Shown piece after piece: positions 10,394 to 20,067 of a stretch of 64,000 bases of DNA. Made by a program: the position numbers and the translations under genes. The notes under the pieces were generated by a model that ran no database searches, had not been told where the DNA came from, and was given only the letters and a program-made list of their open reading frames with translations. How positions within the stretch are numbered: position 1 is the stretch's first letter; each line of letters begins with the position of its first letter. Origin of the DNA: Bacillales bacterium UBA4694 (GTDB lineage Bacteria > Bacillota_I > Bacilli_A > RFN20 > CAG-288); assembly GCA_002404835.1 (NCBI GenBank), contig DHKM01000027.1, forward strand, positions 15,514 through 79,513, read 5' to 3'.

Positions 10394-10552
10394 TTATTTC
10401 TTCTCTTCGTGAAGTGTTTCTTTATTGCACTTCGGGCAATACTTTTTGCAAGTAAACTTCTGCGGGTGAAGTCTCTTGTTCTTTTCAGTCATGTAATTCT
10501 CGCTCTTGCAGACTGTGCAACGAAGAGTGATGTTAGCGCGTTTTTCAGCCAT
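10394..10552 (-). CDS. rpmG: 50S ribosomal protein L33 (zinc-ribbon form)
   Basis: Hand translation gives [52 protein letters not shown] (52 aa). It has CxxC...CxxC, and GGAGG lies 8 nt upstream. It falls below the ORF-track length cutoff. Confidence 0.9.
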   Translation of the reverse strand: MAEKRANITLRCTVCKSENYMTEKNKRLHPQKFTCKKYCPKCNKETLHEEKK

Positions 10553-10590
10553 ATTATAAAACCTCCACTAATAGCTAAATGCAACTTATT

Positions 10591-10619
10591 TATTATAGAA
10601 ACGGAATCGCTTATTTGCA
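10591..10619 (-). promoter_or_regulatory. sigma-70 type promoter for rpmG-efp-yneF
   Basis: Minus strand TTGCAA (10614-10619), a 17-nt spacer, then TATAAT (10591-10596). Confidence 0.65.
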
Positions 10620-10673
10620 AGGAGTTTCGCCCAAATTTTATGATTGTAAACGAGAAAATTGCATAAACTCATA

Positions 10674-10701
10674 CTTGATGTAAAACGAATTCGATTATAA
10701 T
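10674..10701 (+). promoter_or_regulatory. candidate promoter for ispG
   Basis: cTTGAT/TTGATG followed 15-16 nt later by TATAAT (10696-10701), 20 nt upstream of the ATG. GGGAAGAGGA serves as RBS. Confidence 0.4.
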
Positions 10702-10721
10702 ATTGGGAAGAGGACATCATC

Positions 10722-11762
10722 ATGGAAAAAATTTCATTTTCAATCGGAAACAAAGTTATCGGAGGAAATCATCCGATTCTTATCCAAACCATGTCGGACA
10801 GGAAGACCAGTGATATTGAATATAACATAAGGTTAACCAATGAGTTAGAGAAAATGGGGTTGGATATGATGCGTTTTTCCATCCTTGATTTTGAAGACGC
10901 AAAAGCTTTCTCGGAGATCAAAGCAAAAACTAATATTCCTTTGATTGCGGATGTTCATTTTGATTATCGATTTGCGTTGATGGCTATAGATAACCATGCG
11001 GATAAAGTGCGTATCAACCCCGGCAACATCCAATCCGAATCCAATCTCCGACAAGTCATAGCCAAAGCCAAGGAAAAGAATATTCCTTTAAGGATTGGTG
11101 TCAATTCCGGTTCCCTGAACAAATATCGGGGAAAAGGAAAAGACCAGACAGAAGATTTCCTGCTTGCCATGGATGATACGCTTTGTGTTTTTCGAAGCGA
11201 GAATTTTGACCACATTGTCTTATCTTTGAAAACTTCGAACCCGAATACATTGACTGAAATCTATGAAAGGGCGAATCAAAGATACCCCTATCCGCTTCAC
11301 ATCGGTCTGACGGAATCGGGTTTTGGAATTCAGGGAGCCATGAAATCCGCCATAGCTTTATATCCTTTGCTTAAGGAAGGTATCGGTGACACAATCCGAG
11401 TCTCTCTTGCCGATGACCGAATAGAAGAAATCCGGGCCGTAAAAACTCTTTTGGAAGTGTCAGGAAGAAGATTGGATTTACCAAAACTCATCGTTTGTCC
11501 TAGTTGCGGAAGAACTCAAATTGACCTAAAACCAATCTCAAGAGAAATTCAAAACCACCTCGATTATGTATTCAAAGACATCAAGGTGGCATGCATGGGT
11601 TGTCCTGTAAACGGCATCGGCGAAGCAAAGGATGCAGATTTTGGTATTGCAGGAAGTGGAAAAAAAGATGTTTATCTTCTTTTTGCAAAAGGCAATCCAA
11701 TCGGACTTTACGAAAAAAAAGAAGCTATCAACCGTTTGTTCCAACTGATTGATAACTTCTGA
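10722..11762 (+). CDS. ispG: 4-hydroxy-3-methylbut-2-en-1-yl diphosphate synthase (flavodoxin)
   Basis: IGGNHPILIQTMSD, VRINPGN, CPSCGRT and MGCPVNGIGEAKDADFGIAG. Confidence 0.92.
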   Translation: MEKISFSIGNKVIGGNHPILIQTMSDRKTSDIEYNIRLTNELEKMGLDMMRFSILDFEDAKAFSEIKAKTNIPLIADVHFDYRFALMAIDNHADKVRINPGNIQSESNLRQVIAKAKEKNIPLRIGVNSGSLNKYRGKGKDQTEDFLLAMDDTLCVFRSENFDHIVLSLKTSNPNTLTEIYERANQRYPYPLHIGLTESGFGIQGAMKSAIALYPLLKEGIGDTIRVSLADDRIEEIRAVKTLLEVSGRRLDLPKLIVCPSCGRTQIDLKPISREIQNHLDYVFKDIKVACMGCPVNGIGEAKDADFGIAGSGKKDVYLLFAKGNPIGLYEKKEAINRLFQLIDNF

Positions 11763-11768
11763 AATTAC

Positions 11769-13199
11769 TTATTTGGTTTTCTTTTTGTTCCCGTATGTTT
11801 TTTCTATATGGAAGTCTCTTGTATTCCCACCGTTTCTGGCGATATTGGTAAGAACAACCTTCATTCTATGTTTTTCCTTAACCCTTTCGACGGCTTTGGC
11901 CACTTTCTTTTTATAACCCGGTTTAACCTTCCTTGTCTTTGTCTTATTGACAACATGCCGGATTTGTTTTTGAAGAAGCTCGTTGCTTTGGTCTTTCTTT
12001 CCTTTGTTCTTAAACTGATAGACTCCCTTCCCTTTGCGGAAATTATCCTTCGAAAGAATATATTGATCAAATGACGTTCCGCGGCGAATCAAGTCGCGGA
12101 CTTTTTTGATGCTGTTTTCGTCATCTTCGTCATAGAAAACATAGGAATCACCTTCGGAATCAAATCTTCCGGCTCTGCCAGCTCGATGGTAGTAATAATC
12201 CAATTCTTTTGGCAAATCAACGGACACAATATCTGTGACATCCGGAATATCGATACCGCGACTTACATAATCCGAAGCAAGAAGAATGCCATTCCCTAAA
12301 TCATTAAATTGTGTAAGGACTTTGTTTATGTCACGTTTGTCCATTTCCCCATGAACGATGAAATGAGGAATTTTGTTTTCCTTCAGACGCTTATCATATT
12401 CAAACAAATCGGCTTTACGGCTAACGAAAACTATCGTTTTGAACAAATCTTTGTTCAGTTTCAAGAAGGAAATCAAGGCATCATTTGGCGTCAGACCTCT
12501 ATAGTTGACCAAATGATGTTTTACTGTAGAATTAGTGATAACCGAATCGCGAACATCAACGACATTCTGGATTTGGAAAGCTTTCTTTACTCGTTTGATA
12601 TCCTGGATATTCAAAGAAGCGGAGAAAAAAGAAATCATCCTTTTATCTCTGGCATCTTTCAAAGAACCCAAGAAATCATCGAATCCATCGAAAGCAACCA
12701 TATCGCCCTCATCGATAATCACTCTTTTAAGTTCATCGATAGGATAATGAGATCTGAGCGAATCGTACATGCTTGGCGTCGTAAGAATGATTTCAGGTTT
12801 GGATCTAGAGAAATCATTGTTGGATTTGATGATTTTGATAGCTTCCGTTTCATAACCCATAGGAAGCAAAAACATTTCAAAAACACTCTTGACTTGGTCA
12901 AGTAGAGCAACAGTTGGGGACAGAACGACGGCTTGAACGTGACCATCATTTTTCAAATCGTTTATGATAGGAAGAACATAAGCAAGAGTCTTTCCTGTAC
13001 CTGTCAAAGAAAGACCTAGAACATTCTCTCCTCTCAAAAGCTTTGGAATCGCTTTTCCTTGAATATCAGAAAAATACTGGAACTCATTTTCTTTGAGAAG
13101 GTCAATCACTTCTTTTTTTAAATTTAGACTTCCTACAGGAAGTGGTTTATACGAATCATCAAGGGTAATGTTCGTATCTTTGGCTTTCTGTTTTTCCAT
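11769..13199 (-). CDS. DEAD-box ATP-dependent RNA helicase (motif II variant DEGD) with a basic C-terminal tail
   Basis: Q motif FSDIQGKAIP, motif I SLTGTGKT, motif II IIDEGD, motif III SAS, motif VI HRAGRAGR. ATG at 13199 (MEKQKAK) lies just after the aspS stop. The ORF track extends to 13274 inside aspS. Confidence 0.85.
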   Translation of the reverse strand: MEKQKAKDTNITLDDSYKPLPVGSLNLKKEVIDLLKENEFQYFSDIQGKAIPKLLRGENVLGLSLTGTGKTLAYVLPIINDLKNDGHVQAVVLSPTVALLDQVKSVFEMFLLPMGYETEAIKIIKSNNDFSRSKPEIILTTPSMYDSLRSHYPIDELKRVIIDEGDMVAFDGFDDFLGSLKDARDKRMISFFSASLNIQDIKRVKKAFQIQNVVDVRDSVITNSTVKHHLVNYRGLTPNDALISFLKLNKDLFKTIVFVSRKADLFEYDKRLKENKIPHFIVHGEMDKRDINKVLTQFNDLGNGILLASDYVSRGIDIPDVTDIVSVDLPKELDYYYHRAGRAGRFDSEGDSYVFYDEDDENSIKKVRDLIRRGTSFDQYILSKDNFRKGKGVYQFKNKGKKDQSNELLQKQIRHVVNKTKTRKVKPGYKKKVAKAVERVKEKHRMKVVLTNIARNGGNTRDFHIEKTYGNKKKTK

Positions 13200-13203
13200 A
13201 ATC

Positions 13204-14949
13204 CTACTCGCCTTTCTTTTCAGCCAAAGAAGGATCAACCGCGATACCCAAAATATCCGTATCGACTTTGTCAACCTTATTAGGACACGCTGTCATTGGT
13301 TCATAGGCTTTCAAATTCTTTGGGAAAGCGACAATATTTCTGATATTGTCTGTATCGGCAAGTATCATGGCAAGACGTTCTACACCGATTCCGAATCCTC
13401 CTTCAGGCGGAACACCGTATTTGAAGGCTTTCACTAAGAAACCGAATCTGGAATCAATTTGTTCATCGCTGAGACCAAGAATTTCGAAAACTTTCTTTTG
13501 GACATTGCTATCATAAATTCGCAGAGCACCGGAAGATAATTCCTCACCATTAAGAACCGTATCATAAGAAGTGGAGCGGATATCTTCAGGTTTAGTGTCT
13601 AAAAGGGGAAGATCTTCGTCAATAGGTCTTGTGAAAGGATTCGATAATGCTTCATAGTGTCCATCTTCCTCTTTTTCAAACAAAGGCCAATCAATAACAA
13701 AGAGCGGTTTGTAGTCGCCTGGCTTAATAAGACCTAGTTTTTTAGCGTATTCGATTCTTAAAGCACCCAAAGCAGAGCAAGCATAGCTTTCCTTGGCATC
13801 TGCGCAGAGAATCACTAAGTCGTTTTCCTCTAGTTTCAATTGACCGATAAGCTTCGTAAGGTTATCTTCTTTAATATTTTTGACAATACTTCCATTGAGC
13901 TTTCCGCCTTCGTACTTCAAATGAGAAACCCCGAAAACACGGAACTTTTTTGCGGTGATATTGTCTTTGTCCTGTTCTTTTCTGGTGACATTCTTAGCAT
14001 CATTCTTCACAACAATAGCTTTAACGACTTTGCCTTCATAAGCTTTGAATCCGCATCCTTCCAACGATTCGCTGACATCCTGAATGAGCATATCAAATCG
14101 CATATCCGGTTTATCACTTCCATACAAAGTAATCGCATCTTTGTACTTCATACGGTAAAAATCCGGAAGAACTACATTTTTGACTTTCTTGAAGATATAT
14201 TTTAATAGGCCTTCAATTATCTGAAGGATATCTTCTCTTGTAGAGAATGAGATTTCACAATCGATCTGCTCAAATTCCGGCTGACGATCGGCTCTCTGGT
14301 CTTCGTCTCTATAACAATGGGCAATCTGATAATAGCGGTCAACGCCGGCAACCATCAATAACTGTTTATAAAGCTGAGGAGACTGGGGAAGAGCGTAAAA
14401 ATTTCCCGGATAGATTCTTGAAGGAACAAGGTAATCACGTGCCCCTTCTGGAGTCGATCGGATTAATGTAGGAGTCGATATTTCCTCGAATCCGTTGTTA
14501 TCAAGATATTCTCTGGCATATTTGTTCAAAAGAGAGCGGATTTTGAGATATTTCACCATTACAGGTCTTCTCAAATCTAGGTAACGATAAAGAAGACGGG
14601 TATCTTCACTGGCCGTGGTATCATCCTTGATTTCAAAAGGAGTAGTTTCACTCTTGCTGAAGACATGGATGTCATCGACATCGATTTCTATTTTTCCTGT
14701 CGGAATTTCATTATTAGGTTGACTCCTTAGAACTACTTTTCCGTGTGCGGAAATGACGTACTCGGATTTAACGTTTACCTTTTCATAGGTGGCAGGCGGT
14801 ACATTCAACTGGGTAATCCCGAATTTATCCCGAAGATCGATGAAAACGAGAGCACCAAGATTTCTGACCGTATCGACCCAACCACAAAGAGTGACTTCCT
14901 TCCCGACATCTTTTTCATTTAACTCGCCACAAGTATTTGTTCTTAGCAT
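13204..14949 (-). CDS. aspS: aspartate--tRNA ligase
   Basis: 581 aa. OB-fold N-terminus (VTLCGWVDTVRNLGALVFIDLRD) and class II motifs (FYALPQSPQLYKQLLM, QIAHCYRDED, GFGIGVERL). Confidence 0.95.
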   Translation of the reverse strand: MLRTNTCGELNEKDVGKEVTLCGWVDTVRNLGALVFIDLRDKFGITQLNVPPATYEKVNVKSEYVISAHGKVVLRSQPNNEIPTGKIEIDVDDIHVFSKSETTPFEIKDDTTASEDTRLLYRYLDLRRPVMVKYLKIRSLLNKYAREYLDNNGFEEISTPTLIRSTPEGARDYLVPSRIYPGNFYALPQSPQLYKQLLMVAGVDRYYQIAHCYRDEDQRADRQPEFEQIDCEISFSTREDILQIIEGLLKYIFKKVKNVVLPDFYRMKYKDAITLYGSDKPDMRFDMLIQDVSESLEGCGFKAYEGKVVKAIVVKNDAKNVTRKEQDKDNITAKKFRVFGVSHLKYEGGKLNGSIVKNIKEDNLTKLIGQLKLEENDLVILCADAKESYACSALGALRIEYAKKLGLIKPGDYKPLFVIDWPLFEKEEDGHYEALSNPFTRPIDEDLPLLDTKPEDIRSTSYDTVLNGEELSSGALRIYDSNVQKKVFEILGLSDEQIDSRFGFLVKAFKYGVPPEGGFGIGVERLAMILADTDNIRNIVAFPKNLKAYEPMTACPNKVDKVDTDILGIAVDPSLAEKKGE

Positions 14950-14964
14950 TTGACTGTATCCTTT

Positions 14965-16206
14965 CTAAATGGATTCCAATAATTCTGTTTCGGAAATCTC
15001 TTTCTGAGAGCGGTCAGCCATATCCTTAAGCTGGATTTTGTCCATATCCACAAGGACTACTTTCTTAGCACCTAAGCGATCAGCCATCTTGAATGCACCT
15101 CCCATCCCTCTAGAGAAAGAGCATATATTCACGGATTTTCCGAGATTCCGGATGTTATCGGCAATTTCCAAAGCCTTTCCGTCCCTTCTATTATCGATTA
15201 TGAATACATCCAAAGGCTTCTTGTTCTCAAGCTGAACCTTTCTTTCCGGAGTAAGAGAAAGAAGAAGACGCTCGACTCCAAGGGAGAAGCCAATTCCTTC
15301 AAAGTCGGGTCCTCCGATTTGAGCCATGAGGTTTGCATATTTTCCGCCTCCACCGATAGCCCCAACATTCATATTGTTCTTGTCATAAAGTTCCCAAACA
15401 AGTCCAGTATAGTAGTCAAGACCGCGGACAAGTCCATCATCGACGATATAATCGACATGTAGCAAGTCCAATGCTTTAAGAAGGGTATCATATTCCTTCT
15501 TATCTTCATCTGTCAGAAAGTCCTTGATTTTCGGAGCTTTCAGTGCAATTTCCTGATCTTCCGGTACTTTGCAGTCGAGAATTCTCAAAGGATTTGTCTT
15601 CAATCTTCTTTGACAATCTTCGCACATGGAAGAAATGAGAGGCTCAAAATAACGATAAAGTTGCTTTTTATAATTTTCTCTAGACGCATAAGAACCAAGG
15701 TAATTCAGTTTTACCATTACAGGTCTATTCAAAATCTTTTCAGCCGAGCGAATGGAAAGCATGAATGCATCCAAAGCACAATCCAGATCAACTTTGGAAT
15801 CAATAAATTCCACGCCATATTGATTGAACTGTCTCAATCTGCCAGCCTGAGGTCTTTCATATCGGAAAACAGGTCCAAAATAGGAAATCCTAAGAGGCAT
15901 ATCCGGCAGATTGTAGAATTTGTTTTCGACAACCGCACGATTGACACTTGCCGTGAATTCAGGTCTAAGGGTATATTCCTTGTCCCCACGCGAAACAAGA
16001 TCGAAGGTCTCTTTAGTAACAATGTCTGAACTTTCTCCGGTCGTACGATGGAACAATTTGTTTTCTTCGAACATCGGAAGTTCACATTCTTTACATCCAT
16101 ATTGTTTGGAAATATCCATAAGACACTTCTTCATTCCCTGAAGAGCAGCTTCTTCTTCACCGAAATAATCCAAAGTACCTCGCGGTTTTTTTATTTGTTC
16201 TGCCAT
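14965..16206 (-). CDS. hisS: histidine--tRNA ligase
   Basis: PRGTLDYFGEE, LRPEFTASVNR, YFGPVFRYERPQAGRLRQFNQYGVE and GGGKYANL. Confidence 0.95.
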   Translation of the reverse strand: MAEQIKKPRGTLDYFGEEEAALQGMKKCLMDISKQYGCKECELPMFEENKLFHRTTGESSDIVTKETFDLVSRGDKEYTLRPEFTASVNRAVVENKFYNLPDMPLRISYFGPVFRYERPQAGRLRQFNQYGVEFIDSKVDLDCALDAFMLSIRSAEKILNRPVMVKLNYLGSYASRENYKKQLYRYFEPLISSMCEDCQRRLKTNPLRILDCKVPEDQEIALKAPKIKDFLTDEDKKEYDTLLKALDLLHVDYIVDDGLVRGLDYYTGLVWELYDKNNMNVGAIGGGGKYANLMAQIGGPDFEGIGFSLGVERLLLSLTPERKVQLENKKPLDVFIIDNRRDGKALEIADNIRNLGKSVNICSFSRGMGGAFKMADRLGAKKVVLVDMDKIQLKDMADRSQKEISETELLESI

Positions 16207-16311
16207 ATTGTCCTCCTAAACGTTACAAAATACATAATATTATATAATATTCCCATACTTGATGGGCTGTTTTTGGAAATTTTGAATATTTTTAATGGAA
16301 AGCATCAAAGA

Positions 16312-16346
16312 AAAAAGCCCGATTCAGAACAAATGGAATCAGGCTC
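16312..16346 (-). terminator. intrinsic terminator after rel
   Basis: Minus strand AGCCTGATTC-CATTTGTTCT-GAATCGGGCT followed by TTTTTT. Confidence 0.65.
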
Positions 16347-16354
16347 TCTTTTGA

Positions 16355-18571
16355 TCAGTGTATCAAGCGATCGACCTGATAGACACCTTTAACGCTCATA
16401 AGGCCCTGAATGAAATGGGAGAGCGTTTCCTTGTCTCGTACAAGCAAGGTCAGCTGAATCGTCGTCGTATTATTGGAGGGATGATATTTAGCACTGATCT
16501 TAGTACATTTGGCGTTATTGGCATTCAGATTATTCAGCACATCGATCATAAGATTGTTCCGATCATGGCATTGAACATCGAGATCAACAGGATATTGAAG
16601 AGTTTTGGGTGCATTGGGATTCCATGAAACCTGGATAATCCGGTCCTTGATTTCAACTTTTTGGATATTCGGACAATCCGCTCTATGGATTTTCACGCCC
16701 TGGCCTTGAGAAACGAACCCAACAATATCATCTCCGGGAATCGGAGAACAGCAATTTGCCATATTAGACATGATGCTGTCTCCGTTTGGAAGAATGACAG
16801 AATCCGTCGTATTGGCTTTGATGTTTTTTGCCTGGATTTTCCCGGCAATAGCTTCTTCTGAATGCTGCTCGGCTTTTTCTTTTTGGGCAGCCTTGCTTGC
16901 CTCAAGAACCGCACTTGGAGTTACCGTTCTTCCTGCAATCATCAAAAAGACATCATCTGTAGAGCTTGCCTTCAACGTCGCAAGGACATCCTTTCCAAGG
17001 ACATTGTCCAAAGTAGAGGTGATTCCGTTTTCTTTCATGACATCCAAAAGTGCCTGACGTCCTCTTTTTATGGAATCCTCTCTAATATAATCTGCATTTT
17101 GATGGATAAGGTATTTTCTGATCTTTGCTTTAGCAAAGCTGGTCTTAGCTATATTGAGCCATTCGGAATTCGGCTCTGAATTCTTGCTTGTAATAACTTC
17201 CACTATATCTCCAGTTTTCAACTCCTGATTGATAGGAACAAGAGTCGAATTGATTTTCGCACCGCTGAGGTGTTCTCCAAGATCCGTATGAATTCGGTAG
17301 GCAAAATCCAATGGCGTAGAACCGGAAGGAAGGCAAATTACATTTCCCTTAGGAGTAAATACATAAACGTTTGCATCGAAGATATCATGTGAGAGTTCAT
17401 CTACAAATTCCTTTGTGGAAGAACTCTCATTTTCCTCATTCGTAAGTGAGACAAAGTCCTTAAACCAATGTAGTTTGTTTTCGATTTCGACTTGTTCTTT
17501 CTTAGGATCGTAATTAGTCCCTTCCTTATATCTCCAATGGGCAGCAATACCGCTTTCGGCGACTTCATCCATGGCAGCAGTACGAATTTGGATTTCAAAA
17601 AATTTACCCGTTTCCGTTACAACCGTGGTGTGAAGGGATTGATACATATTGGCTTTCGGCATGGCAATATAGTCTTTGAATCTTCCTGGGACAGGTTTGA
17701 AATTGGCATGGATATAACCAAGAATCTCATAACAGTTTTGTTCTGTTTCGGTTATAATTCGCAAAGCCATCACATCAAAAATCTGTTCAAAAGAATAATG
17801 CTTTTGATACATTTTCTTGTAGATAGAGTAAACAGACTTGACACGATCCTTGATTTCAAAGGGGATTTTTGTTGGTATAAGGATATCCGTGATTTCCTTT
17901 TGAAGAGAATTCAAAGTCTGCTTCGCATCACTCATCGTAGAAGAAACTTTATCTTCAATCAATGTATATTTTGCCGGTTCCAAATAATAAAGCGAAAGAT
18001 CTTCCAATTCCGTTTGGATATTATAAAGACCTAAGCGATGGGCAATAGGAGCATAGACTTCCAATGTTTCTTTGGAGATTCTTTCCTGTTTAGCCTTTGG
18101 CTGAAACTGAAGGGTCCTCATATTATGAAGACGATCAGCGATTTTGATCACAATGACTCTTACATCCTTGGCCATTGCCACGAAAATCTTTCGGTGATTT
18201 TCGGCAGTAAATTCTTCATTCTTGTAATCGGAAAGACGGGTAACCTTCGTTAAAGCTTCAACCATGGTGGCGATTTCGGTTCCGAATTCCTTTTCGATAT
18301 CCTGCCGGGTTGTTCCGGTATCTTCGATGGTATCATGAAGGAAACCTGCACAAATCGTTTTCGGTCCTGATTGTAGTTCAGCCAGAATTTTGGCAACTCC
18401 GATACAATGCGTAATATAAGGGTCACCTGATTTTCTCATCTGACCCTCATGCTTTTTCTCAGCATAAAGATAGGCTTTTTGAATCAAAGCCAAATCAGAT
18501 GAATTATGGATATATTTCGAATAGGTGTCTTTGACATCTTCGAAAGTATAAATTGCGTTCTGAATTTGCAT
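16355..18571 (-). CDS. relA: bifunctional (p)ppGpp synthetase/hydrolase Rel (long RSH)
   Basis: 738 aa. HD hydrolase (HCIGVA..., FLHDTIEDT), synthetase (RVKSVYSIYKKM, DVMALRII, QIRT), plus TGS and ACT-like C-terminal domains. Confidence 0.95.
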   Translation of the reverse strand: MQIQNAIYTFEDVKDTYSKYIHNSSDLALIQKAYLYAEKKHEGQMRKSGDPYITHCIGVAKILAELQSGPKTICAGFLHDTIEDTGTTRQDIEKEFGTEIATMVEALTKVTRLSDYKNEEFTAENHRKIFVAMAKDVRVIVIKIADRLHNMRTLQFQPKAKQERISKETLEVYAPIAHRLGLYNIQTELEDLSLYYLEPAKYTLIEDKVSSTMSDAKQTLNSLQKEITDILIPTKIPFEIKDRVKSVYSIYKKMYQKHYSFEQIFDVMALRIITETEQNCYEILGYIHANFKPVPGRFKDYIAMPKANMYQSLHTTVVTETGKFFEIQIRTAAMDEVAESGIAAHWRYKEGTNYDPKKEQVEIENKLHWFKDFVSLTNEENESSSTKEFVDELSHDIFDANVYVFTPKGNVICLPSGSTPLDFAYRIHTDLGEHLSGAKINSTLVPINQELKTGDIVEVITSKNSEPNSEWLNIAKTSFAKAKIRKYLIHQNADYIREDSIKRGRQALLDVMKENGITSTLDNVLGKDVLATLKASSTDDVFLMIAGRTVTPSAVLEASKAAQKEKAEQHSEEAIAGKIQAKNIKANTTDSVILPNGDSIMSNMANCCSPIPGDDIVGFVSQGQGVKIHRADCPNIQKVEIKDRIIQVSWNPNAPKTLQYPVDLDVQCHDRNNLMIDVLNNLNANNAKCTKISAKYHPSNNTTTIQLTLLVRDKETLSHFIQGLMSVKGVYQVDRLIH

Positions 18572-18577
18572 GCTAAA

Positions 18578-19087
18578 TCAAAGATCGAGGATATATTTGG
18601 TTGGAACCGGAAGATTCTTCTCTCCTTGGAGTTCTTTTAAGCGGATGAAAACCTCACATCCAACCGGTTCTCCTCCAGCCTCCTTAACCAAAGAAATCAA
18701 TGCATTGAAAGTACCACCAGTGGCAAGAAGATCATCGACCAAAAGAACCCGATCACCTTTCTTGAAGGATGCACGGGGGATTTCCAAAGTAGCCTGACCA
18801 TATTCAAGATCATAAGTGACTTTATATTTTTCTCCCGGAAGTTTCCCGGCTTTTCTAGCCATTACAAATCCGATTCCCATCTTATATGCCATTGCTGCAC
18901 CGAAAAGGAATGCTCTTGATTCCGGACCTACAATGACATCCGGATGGAATTCCTCAGCAAGAGCAGCCATTTCGTCCACGCAGGACTTGAAGGCCTTCGG
19001 GTCTCTAAGAAGAGGGGAAATATCTTTAAATGATATTCCTTTCTTTGGAAAATCAGGTACGACATTGATAAACTTTTCGTAATCCAT
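18578..19087 (-). CDS. apt: adenine phosphoribosyltransferase
   Basis: FPKKGISFKDISPLL and the PRPP loop VLLVDDLLATGGT. Confidence 0.93.
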   Translation of the reverse strand: MDYEKFINVVPDFPKKGISFKDISPLLRDPKAFKSCVDEMAALAEEFHPDVIVGPESRAFLFGAAMAYKMGIGFVMARKAGKLPGEKYKVTYDLEYGQATLEIPRASFKKGDRVLLVDDLLATGGTFNALISLVKEAGGEPVGCEVFIRLKELQGEKNLPVPTKYILDL

Positions 19088-19206
19088 AATGATTAACTCC
19101 TAACATGAAAATTATACCATTGAAACTTATAAATTCTAGTATTTCAAATTTCTTTCTTAAATCAACTTTTCTGCCATGTGATTAGGAAATATGGTAAAAT
19201 CCACTT

Positions 19207-20067
19207 ATGGTAAAAATCATTTCGGATATCGGCTATTGTTATGGAGTCGAACATGCCATCGAAGTTTTAAGAGAGACAAGGGGAAAAGTCGGGCATGTCT
19301 ATCTTACTCACCCATTAATACACAATAAAAGCGAAAACATCCAGCTAATGGAAGAAAATAACGCATCCATACTAAAAGAAGAGATACCTGGCAAAAACGA
19401 AGGTATTCTTTTTTCTGCCCATGGACACTCAAAAGAAGAGGAAGAAAAATACAAAGGTAAAACGAATTTGTTTGATGCAACATGTCCTTTGATTCTTTCA
19501 AGATATCGAGCTATCGAAAAAAAGAAAAATGATAATATACTTTTCTTCTTTCTGGGGAAACGAAATCATCAAGAAACCATAGGATTCTTGAGCAATTTCC
19601 GTTTCCTTCATTTCATTGATTCGGAAATCGATTTACCGTCTCAATTTAAAGCTTATTCCGATAAAGAAGAATATGCTCTGATTCCGCAGACAACGATTTC
19701 CATGGAAAAATATACGCAAGCCGTAAATCTTCTAAGGGAAAAAGGAAACTTGGTTTATACCCTTGATATTTGCCAGATTTATTATCGGCGGGTAAAACAA
19801 TCTATTGATTATCTGAAAAACACTGACTCTAAAAAATCCGCATGCATCGTTATGGGTGATGTATCTTCAAGCAATGCTCGGGAACTGAAAAAGGCCATCC
19901 AGGATCGTTATCCAGACCTTTTTGTCCAGATTGCCCTATCCATTGATGACCTTGAGATGGATAAAATCAAAGAGAAAAATATATATTTGACGAGTGCAAC
20001 AAGCTGCCCAAAGGAAAAAGTCCTTAGGATGAAAGCTATTCTAGATAATCTTTCAATTTGTTCTTGA
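19207..20067 (+). CDS. ispH: 4-hydroxy-3-methylbut-2-enyl diphosphate reductase
   Basis: GYCYGVEHAI, HNKSEN, SAHGHS, ATCPL. There is no visible SD; an extended -10 (TGGTAAAAT) ends 6 nt before the ATG. Confidence 0.88.
   Translation: MVKIISDIGYCYGVEHAIEVLRETRGKVGHVYLTHPLIHNKSENIQLMEENNASILKEEIPGKNEGILFSAHGHSKEEEEKYKGKTNLFDATCPLILSRYRAIEKKKNDNILFFFLGKRNHQETIGFLSNFRFLHFIDSEIDLPSQFKAYSDKEEYALIPQTTISMEKYTQAVNLLREKGNLVYTLDICQIYYRRVKQSIDYLKNTDSKKSACIVMGDVSSSNARELKKAIQDRYPDLFVQIALSIDDLEMDKIKEKNIYLTSATSCPKEKVLRMKAILDNLSICS

Noticed and set aside
10373-10666. 97-aa plus-strand ORF from the track in the efp-ispG gap
   Set aside because: The opposite strand encodes a textbook L33 (rpmG, 10394-10552) with GGAGG and a consensus promoter. 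The plus-strand ORF has no RBS, and its translation looks like nonsense.
16207-16354. Possible T-box or other riboswitch upstream of hisS-aspS; likewise the gaps upstream of thrS, pheS and glyQS
   Set aside because: The gap holds only the rel terminator and a short AT-rich promoter region of about 60 nt. There is no GGUGGUACC motif. The gaps before thrS (36 nt), pheS (11 nt) and glyQS (51 nt) are too short.
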